NCBI GenBank assembly: GCA_963712745.1
Contig: CAVQJC010000017.1
Span: forward strand, 352,001 to 416,000
DNA: 64,000 bases
Direction of reading: 5' to 3'
Source of the DNA: an uncultured Chloroflexia bacterium
GTDB taxonomy: Bacteria > Chloroflexota > Limnocylindria > Limnocylindrales > CSP1-4
This document shows positions 57,662-64,000 of this stretch, piece by piece. The stretch's first letter is position 1. Each line of letters begins with the position of its first letter. Under the pieces are notes generated by a model, which saw only the letters and a program-made list of their open reading frames with translations, did not search any database and was not told the DNA's origin. The translations under genes were made by a program, and so were the position numbers.

Positions 57662-58471
57662 ATGGCCCGATCCGGCGATCGCTACACCCATGGGCACCAC
57701 GAATCGGTGCTGGACTCGCACCGCTCGCGTACGGCGGCCGACTCGGCGGCCTATCTCCTGCCTCACTTGGCCAGCGGCCAGCGGCTGCTCGACCTTGGCT
57801 GCGGCCCCGGCACCATCACGGCCGACCTCGCGGAGCTGGTGGATCCCGGCGAGGTGGTCGCGCTCGACCGCGAGGCGGACGTCCTCGAAGTCGCGACCCG
57901 GACGTTCAGCGCTCGTGCCCTGGAGAACGTGACCACCACCGTAGGAGATGTCTACGCACTCGACTTCGACGACGACGCATTCGACGTCGTGCACGCACAC
58001 CAGCTGCTGCAGCACCTGTCTGACCCGGTAGCCGCGCTGATGGAGATGCGTCGGGTGGTCCGGCCCGGCGGCATCGTGGCCGCTCGCGACGCCGACTATG
58101 CCGCCATGACCTGGGCGCCAGCGGAACCCAGGATGGAGCGCTGGCTCCAGGTCTACCGCGATGTCGCGCGCGGTAACGGTGCCGAGCCCGATGCCGGGCG
58201 ACATCTCCTGGGTTGGGCCCAGGCCGCCGGCTTCTCGCAGGTCGAGCCCGCGGCGTCCGTCTGGCTCTTCGCCGAGCCCCAACGGCGAAGGTGGTGGGCG
58301 GACACCTGGGCGCGGCGAACGACCGACTCCGCGGTCGCCGAGCAAGCGCTGGAACTCGGTATCGCCACCAGCGAGGAGCTCGCGGGGCTGGCGGATGGCT
58401 GGCGCTCCTGGGCGGCGCAGCCCGACGCCTGGTTCGTGGTCGTGCACGGCGAGATCCTGGCCAGGCCCTGA
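57662..58471 (+). CDS. Class I SAM-dependent methyltransferase (UbiE-like)
   Basis: YTHGHHESVL, LLDLGCGPG, FDVVHAHQLLQHL. Confidence 0.9.
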   Translation: MARSGDRYTHGHHESVLDSHRSRTAADSAAYLLPHLASGQRLLDLGCGPGTITADLAELVDPGEVVALDREADVLEVATRTFSARALENVTTTVGDVYALDFDDDAFDVVHAHQLLQHLSDPVAALMEMRRVVRPGGIVAARDADYAAMTWAPAEPRMERWLQVYRDVARGNGAEPDAGRHLLGWAQAAGFSQVEPAASVWLFAEPQRRRWWADTWARRTTDSAVAEQALELGIATSEELAGLADGWRSWAAQPDAWFVVVHGEILARP

Positions 58472-58630
58472 GCGCGTGCGATCGGACCAGGCACCCGGCA
58501 GGCGATACGTCTGGGCACGCCGATCCATACCCGCGCCAAGGGTCCGTCGCTCGCCGTCAGTGCGGTCCCCGGCTGAGGGCGTGGCAGCCGTGCGGGCGGG
58601 GCGGCCGGAGAACGCGATAAGGTCTCCTGC

Positions 58631-60946
58631 GTGATGCTTCCCATCGCGGTCGCTTCAGGCTTCGTCCTGGCGCTGCTCGTGCCGCTCGTTCGTCGCCTGC
58701 TGGGCCGCTTCGCCATCATCGTGTTCGTGGCCCTGCCGGCCCTGCTGGCCCTGCTCTTCGTGGGCCTCGCGCCGGGGGTCATCGACGGCGAGCCCGTGCG
58801 CTGGTCGCGCGAGTGGGTGCCTCAGCTCGACCTCTCGCTCTCGTTCTCGCTCGATGGGCTCTCGTTGCTCTTCGCCCTGCTCATCACGGGTGTCGGTGTG
58901 GCGGTCATCCTCTATGCCGAGCGCTACCTCCACGGCCACCCCGAGCTCGACCGTTTCCACGCGCTCGCACTCGCGTTCATGGCCTCGATGCTGGGCCTGG
59001 TGCTGGCCGACGACCTCCTGCTGGTGCTCGTCTTCTGGGGCCTGACGGGTGTCACGTCCTACCTGCTCATCGGCTTCGAGCACACCATCGGCACTTCCCG
59101 GCTCTCAGCCCAGCAGGCGCTCATCGTTACCGTCAGCGGCGAGCTGGCGATGATCGCCGGGCTGGTGCTGCTGGGCTACGCCGCCGACACCTTCACCATC
59201 TCGCAGGTCCTCGGGGCGGGGGAGGCGGTGCAGGCCGATGTGCGCTACGGCCTGCTGACCTTCCTCATCCTGCTCGGCGCGCTGGCCAAGTCGGCCCAGT
59301 TCCCCTTCCACTTCTGGCTGCCCAACGCGATGGCCGCGCCGACACCGGTCAGCGCCTACCTCCACTCGGCCACGATGGTCACGGCCGGCGTCTACCTCGT
59401 GTCGCGCCTCACGCCGGTCCTGGGCGGCACCGAGCTGTGGACCGTCCTGCTCGTGGTCAGCGGCGGGCTGACCATGCTCATCGGCAACATCCTCGCCTTG
59501 CGGCAGCACGACCTCAAGCTGGTGCTGGCCTACTCCACGGTGGGCGCACTGGGCACGATGATGCTGCTGGTCGGTCTCGGCTCACAGACGGCCTTCGTGG
59601 CGGCCATGGCCCTGTTGCTGGCGCACGCGTTGTACAAGGCCGGCCTCTTCCTTGTCACCGGCATCGTCGACCACGAGATGGGCACGCGCGAGCTGGACCG
59701 CTTCAGCGGCCTGGCCCGCATCATGCCCCTGACCGCCGTGGCGGCTGCGCTGGGGGCGGTGTCGATGGCCGGCATCCCGCCGATGATCGGGTTCGCCGCC
59801 AAGGAGCTCGGGCTCAAGGCTGCACTCGCGACCGACGAGTCGACCCTGCTCGTAACGGCAGCACTCGTGGTCGCTGGCATGGCCACCGTGGGTGTGGCGG
59901 CCATCGCCAGCCTGGGGCCCTTCGCCGGGCGCTTGCGGACTGTTCGCGACGGCGGCCACGACCCCACCTGGGCGATGTGGCTGGGTCCCCTCGTCCTGGG
60001 CCTGATCGGCGTGCTCGCGGGCCTGATCCCGGCGCTCGGCTCGGGGCCGCTCGTGGCTTCGGCCGCGGAGGCCATCGGTGGCAGTGGCGCCAAGTACGGC
60101 GTCGAGCCGTGGTACGGGGTGGACCTGGCGCTGGGCCTGAGCCTCGCCAGCATCGCCCTCGGCGCCATCATCTTCTGGCGGCGCTTGAACGTTCGTGAGC
60201 TCGTTGGCCGTATCGATCTGGGGTATCGCATCGGACCCGAGAAGGTCTACGTGCTGCTTGAGCTGGCCATGCTCTCCACCGCCAAACGGGTCACTGCCTG
60301 GCTCCAGAACGGGCACCTGCGGTTCTACCTGTTTGTCGTCGTGACCACGCTCGTCGTTCTCGTGTGGCTGGTGCTGCTGTACGCGGGCGGGGTGCCGGCC
60401 ATCGAGCTGGACCGAGACGTCTATCCCTGGGAGGCCATCATCGCCGCACTCATCGTGGGCGGCGCCGCGGTGGCCGTGACCTCGCGTTCGCGACTGGGCG
60501 TGGTGACGGCGCTGGGCGTGGTGGGCTACAGCATCGCCCTGGTCTACCTGCTCTTCAGCGCGCCCGACCTGGCCATCGCCCAGATCCTCGTCGAGACCCT
60601 GACGGTGCTCCTGTTCGTGCTGGTCTTCTATCACATGCCCCGCTTCGGAGCGGAGACCGCTCGCTCTTCACGGCTGCGGGACGGCGCCATCGCCGCACTG
60701 GCCGGGTCGCTGGTGACGATCTTCGTGCTCATCGCCAGTGGGACCGTCACCGACCCCATATCGGTGTTCTTCCTGGAGAACAGCCAGCCGCTGGCCAAGG
60801 GTCAGAACGTGGTCAATACCATCATCGTCGACTTCCGGGCGCTCGACACGCTTGCCGAGGTGGCGGTCCTGGCCATCGCCGGTTTCGGCGTCTACGCGCT
60901 GCTGAAGCTGCGTTCACGCAGGCAGAGCGAGGAGGGTCAGAGTTGA
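58631..60946 (+). CDS. mrpA: Multisubunit Na+/H+ antiporter subunit A
   Basis: [31 protein letters not shown]; [15 protein letters not shown]. Confidence 0.95.
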   Translation: MMLPIAVASGFVLALLVPLVRRLLGRFAIIVFVALPALLALLFVGLAPGVIDGEPVRWSREWVPQLDLSLSFSLDGLSLLFALLITGVGVAVILYAERYLHGHPELDRFHALALAFMASMLGLVLADDLLLVLVFWGLTGVTSYLLIGFEHTIGTSRLSAQQALIVTVSGELAMIAGLVLLGYAADTFTISQVLGAGEAVQADVRYGLLTFLILLGALAKSAQFPFHFWLPNAMAAPTPVSAYLHSATMVTAGVYLVSRLTPVLGGTELWTVLLVVSGGLTMLIGNILALRQHDLKLVLAYSTVGALGTMMLLVGLGSQTAFVAAMALLLAHALYKAGLFLVTGIVDHEMGTRELDRFSGLARIMPLTAVAAALGAVSMAGIPPMIGFAAKELGLKAALATDESTLLVTAALVVAGMATVGVAAIASLGPFAGRLRTVRDGGHDPTWAMWLGPLVLGLIGVLAGLIPALGSGPLVASAAEAIGGSGAKYGVEPWYGVDLALGLSLASIALGAIIFWRRLNVRELVGRIDLGYRIGPEKVYVLLELAMLSTAKRVTAWLQNGHLRFYLFVVVTTLVVLVWLVLLYAGGVPAIELDRDVYPWEAIIAALIVGGAAVAVTSRSRLGVVTALGVVGYSIALVYLLFSAPDLAIAQILVETLTVLLFVLVFYHMPRFGAETARSSRLRDGAIAALAGSLVTIFVLIASGTVTDPISVFFLENSQPLAKGQNVVNTIIVDFRALDTLAEVAVLAIAGFGVYALLKLRSRRQSEEGQS

Positions 60947-61362
60947 GAGGGCTCATCCTGCCGACCGCCACCGCCTACCTCATGCCGGTGCTGCTGCTGT
61001 TCTCCCTCTTCCTGCTGCTGCGGGGTCACAACGAGCCGGGCGGTGGCTTCGCCGGCGGCCTCGTCGCGGCCTCGGCCTTCGTGTTGCTCTCAATCGCCAG
61101 CGGCGTGAAGGCCGCTCGACGGGCACTGCACGTCGATCCTCGCAGCCTCATCGGGGGCGGCCTGCTGGTCATGATCCTGAGCGGATTCGTGGCCCCGCTG
61201 GCCTACGGCGAACCCTACCTCACCGCGCACTGGTGGCCGCTGCCGCTGGGGAGATACGAGGTCGCCCTGGGCACGCCGCTCCTCTTCGACATCGGCGTCT
61301 ACCTCGCGGTGGCCGGCACGATCCTGCTCATCACGTTCTCGCTCGAGGAGGAGGGCACGTGA
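60943..61362 (+). CDS. mrpB: Na+/H+ antiporter subunit B
   Basis: [17 protein letters not shown]; TTG start overlapping the mrpA stop. Confidence 0.92.
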   Translation: MRGLILPTATAYLMPVLLLFSLFLLLRGHNEPGGGFAGGLVAASAFVLLSIASGVKAARRALHVDPRSLIGGGLLVMILSGFVAPLAYGEPYLTAHWWPLPLGRYEVALGTPLLFDIGVYLAVAGTILLITFSLEEEGT

Positions 61363-61709
61363 CCGTTCTGCTGGCGATCGTGGCCGGGGTGCTCTTCGCC
61401 GCGGCCATCTATCTCATGCTCCGACGCTCGGTGCTGAAGCTGGCGCTGGGCCTGTCGCTGCTGGCCAACGCGGCCAACCTGGTCATCTTCGCCGCCGCCG
61501 GCCTGACCCGGGGACAGCCACCGCTGGTGCCCGAGGGTGCCACCACACCACCACCGGGGGCGGCCGACCCGTTGCCGCAGGCGATGGTGCTCACTGCCAT
61601 CGTCATCGGCTTCAGCGTGCTCGCTTTCACCCTGACGTTGATGCACCGGGTATACCAGGAAGGCGGCTCCGACGACGTCGACGACCTGTCTGAGGCGGAC
61701 ATCCAGTGA
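61359..61709 (+). CDS. mrpC: Na+/H+ antiporter subunit C
   Basis: [17 protein letters not shown]. Confidence 0.93.
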   Translation: MTVLLAIVAGVLFAAAIYLMLRRSVLKLALGLSLLANAANLVIFAAAGLTRGQPPLVPEGATTPPPGAADPLPQAMVLTAIVIGFSVLAFTLTLMHRVYQEGGSDDVDDLSEADIQ

Positions 61710-63253
61710 ACGCCATCGTTCTGCTGCCGGTGCTGGTGCCGCTCATGGCGGCCGCGCTCGGGCTCGTGGCCTGGCGCTCGGGGCGAGCGCAGCGCGCCAT
61801 CGCCGTGGCCGGGTCGGCGGCCCTGCTGGCGGTCGCAGTCGTGCTGCTCGTGGTCGTGGAGCGTGACGGCATCCAGACCCTCCAGGTCGGCGCGTGGCAG
61901 GCACCCTTCGGCATCACCATGGTGGCCGACCTCTTCAGCGCCATCCTGGTCGTGCTCGCGGGCGTGCTGGCCGTGGCCATCGTGGTCTACTCCACCGCGT
62001 CCATCGATCGGGGGCGCGAGCACTTCGCCTACTACCCGCTGACGATGGTGCTGCTCGCGGGCGTCTGTGGCACATTCCTCACGGGGGACCTGTTCAACCT
62101 CTATGTCTGGTTCGAGGTGCTGCTCATCGCCTCGTTCGTGCTGCTGGCGCTCGGCGGTGAACGCGCCCAGCTCGAGGGCGCCCTCAAGTACGTGGCTCTC
62201 AACCTCGTGGCCTCGGCGGTGCTGCTGGTGACGATCGGCGTCATCTACGGGCTCACCGGCACCGTCAACCTGGCTCACCTCCACGAGCGCATGGCCCAGG
62301 TCGCGCCGGCCGGCCTGGTGCCCGCCATCGCGGCCATGCTGCTCATCGCCTTCGGCATCAAGGCCGCGCTGGTGCCGCTGTTCTTCTGGCTGCCGGCCTC
62401 GTATCACACGCCGCCGGTGGCGGTCTCGGCGCTGTTCAGTGGCCTGCTCACCAAGGTCGGCATCTACGCGCTCGTGCGCGTCTTCACGCTCCTCTTCGCC
62501 GACCAGGCGGCCGACTTCCAGCCACTGCTGCTGGTGGTGGCAGCGCTGACCATGGTCATCGGCGTCTTGGGTGCGGTGGCCCAGCACGAGATGCGAAGGC
62601 TGCTCTCGTTCCATATCATCAGCCAGATCGGCTACCTCGTGATGGGCCTGGCCCTCTTCACGGTCTCGGCCATGGCCGGGCTCATCTACTTCCTGGTGCA
62701 CGTGGCCCTGGCCAAGTCGACCCTGTTCCTCGTAGCCGGCGCGGTGAAGCAGCTGACCGGCTCGTTCGAGCTGTCCCAGACAGGTGGGTTGTGGGTGCTC
62801 AAGCCAGGCCTGGCGGTGCTCTTCGGTGTCGCCGCCATGGCCCTCGCAGGCATCCCGCCATTCAGCGGCTTCCTGGCCAAGCTCGCGCTCATCGAGGCCG
62901 GCCTGGCGGTCGACCACGTGCTCATCGTGCTGGTCGCCCTGGGCGTGAGCCTGCTGACGCTGTACTCGATGCTCAAGATCTGGAACGCCGCCTTCTGGAA
63001 GCCGCTGCCGACCGACCTGGAGCCCTTCGCCCACGGCGCCGCGGCTGTGACTCCCGAGACGGTGGCCGGGACCCGGCTGGCGGTGGCGATGGTGGCCCCG
63101 ATCGTGCTACTGGTGGCCTGCACCGTGGGCCTGACGGTGGCCGCGGGTCCGGCCTTCGAGCTGGTCGATGCGGCGGCTGTGCAGCTGATGGAGCCGGCCG
63201 GCTACGTCGAGGCCGTGCTCGGCCCGGGCGCCAGCGCCGGGGGTGCGCCGTGA
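61706..63253 (+). CDS. mrpD: Na+/H+ antiporter subunit D
   Basis: [31 protein letters not shown]. Confidence 0.94.
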   Translation: MNAIVLLPVLVPLMAAALGLVAWRSGRAQRAIAVAGSAALLAVAVVLLVVVERDGIQTLQVGAWQAPFGITMVADLFSAILVVLAGVLAVAIVVYSTASIDRGREHFAYYPLTMVLLAGVCGTFLTGDLFNLYVWFEVLLIASFVLLALGGERAQLEGALKYVALNLVASAVLLVTIGVIYGLTGTVNLAHLHERMAQVAPAGLVPAIAAMLLIAFGIKAALVPLFFWLPASYHTPPVAVSALFSGLLTKVGIYALVRVFTLLFADQAADFQPLLLVVAALTMVIGVLGAVAQHEMRRLLSFHIISQIGYLVMGLALFTVSAMAGLIYFLVHVALAKSTLFLVAGAVKQLTGSFELSQTGGLWVLKPGLAVLFGVAAMALAGIPPFSGFLAKLALIEAGLAVDHVLIVLVALGVSLLTLYSMLKIWNAAFWKPLPTDLEPFAHGAAAVTPETVAGTRLAVAMVAPIVLLVACTVGLTVAAGPAFELVDAAAVQLMEPAGYVEAVLGPGASAGGAP

Positions 63254-63279
63254 GCGCCGGGGGTGCGCCGTGAGCGCCG
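63233..63279 (+). repeat. 20-bp tandem duplication at the mrpD/mrpE junction
   Basis: agcgccgggggtgcgccgtg x2, then agcgccg. Confidence 0.9.
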
Positions 63280-63773
63280 ACCTGCGCCGTATCTCGGCGG
63301 CAGCGATGTTCGCGGCCAACCTGCTGCTGGCCCTGGTGTGGGTGGCCATGAGCGGCCACTTCGAGTCGGCCAACCTGCTCGTCGGCTTCGCCTTCGGCTA
63401 CGCCGTGCTCTACCTGCTCCAGCGCGTGACGGGCAGCTCGTCGTACTTCGCCAAGTCGGTGGCGCTGGTCCGATTCGTCGGCTTCTACGTCGTGGAGATG
63501 GTGCTGGCCAACGTCCGTGTGGCCATCGACGTGGTCACGCCGGACGCGCGCCGGCAGCCGGGCATCGTGGCCGTGCCGCTGGAGGCCCGGACCGACGTGG
63601 AGATCACGGTGTTGTCCAACCTCATCACGATGACCCCGGGCTCGCTCAGCGTTGACGTCTCCGACGACCGCAGCGTCATCTACGTGCACTCGATGTTCGT
63701 GGACGATCCCGACCAGCTGCGGCGGACCATCAAGGATGACCTGGAGCGGCGGGTGCTGGAGCTGCTTCGATGA
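63270..63773 (+). CDS. mrpE: Na+/H+ antiporter subunit E
   Basis: NLITMTPGSL, YVHSM. Confidence 0.92.
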   Translation: MSADLRRISAAAMFAANLLLALVWVAMSGHFESANLLVGFAFGYAVLYLLQRVTGSSSYFAKSVALVRFVGFYVVEMVLANVRVAIDVVTPDARRQPGIVAVPLEARTDVEITVLSNLITMTPGSLSVDVSDDRSVIYVHSMFVDDPDQLRRTIKDDLERRVLELLR

Positions 63774-64000
63774 ACGTGTCGGGCGTCCCCGATGTGGTCA
63801 TCGAGCTGGCCCTGCTGTCGTTGGCGCTGGCCATGGCGCTCACGTTCGTGCGCCTCGTGCGTGGGCCAAGCCTCATGGATCGCGTGGTCGCGCTCGAGCT
63901 CATCGCCAGCCTTGTCGCGGGGATCGTGGCGGTCTTCGCCATCGGCACCGACGACCCCGCGCTCATCGACGTGGCCATCGCCCTCGCGCTGGTCGCTTTC
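63770..64000 (+). CDS. mrpF: Na+/H+ antiporter subunit F (runs off the window)
   Basis: MNVSG...RLVRGPSLMDRVVALE; ATGA overlap with mrpE. Confidence 0.9.
   Translation, partial: MNVSGVPDVVIELALLSLALAMALTFVRLVRGPSLMDRVVALELIASLVAGIVAVFAIGTDDPALIDVAIALALVAF

Noticed and set aside
61409-63034. 541-aa minus-strand ORF and similar long overlapping ORFs elsewhere
   Set aside because: Antisense shadows of well-supported genes (mrpC/mrpD etc.) with no recognisable motifs.

Overview
A GC-rich bacterial chromosomal window, by eye about 70% GC. Gene content and style suggest Chloroflexota or a similar soil/sediment lineage; this is inference only. Most of the window is ordinary housekeeping and accessory genes: a cytochrome c/double-cupredoxin protein, a Kelch membrane protein, an aminotransferase, an HD-GYP regulator, two DrrAB-type ABC exporters, an IS630 element, a large repetitive surface protein, a LacI-controlled GDP-mannose 3,5-epimerase/GHMP kinase/nucleotidyltransferase operon, an S9 peptidase, tRNA-fMet, a Trx-VKOR fusion, a MocR/EamA pair and the start of an mrpABCDEF antiporter operon. 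The most striking structure is at about 16.4-24.6 kb. An intact tRNA-Lys(UUU) at 22074-22149 is preceded by two extra copies of only its 5' half (16411, 19049). Each half is cut at the anticodon loop and followed by the same 77-nt conserved sequence. These repeats delimit tandem units of about 2.6 and 3.0 kb. Each unit carries an ECF sigma factor translationally coupled to an anti-sigma-like membrane protein with a different extracellular domain. A third, deleted sigma/anti-sigma cassette and two tyrosine-integrase remnants flank the tRNA. This looks like a tRNA-anchored array of mobile ECF signalling cassettes. Several single-base frameshifts elsewhere may be assembly errors.
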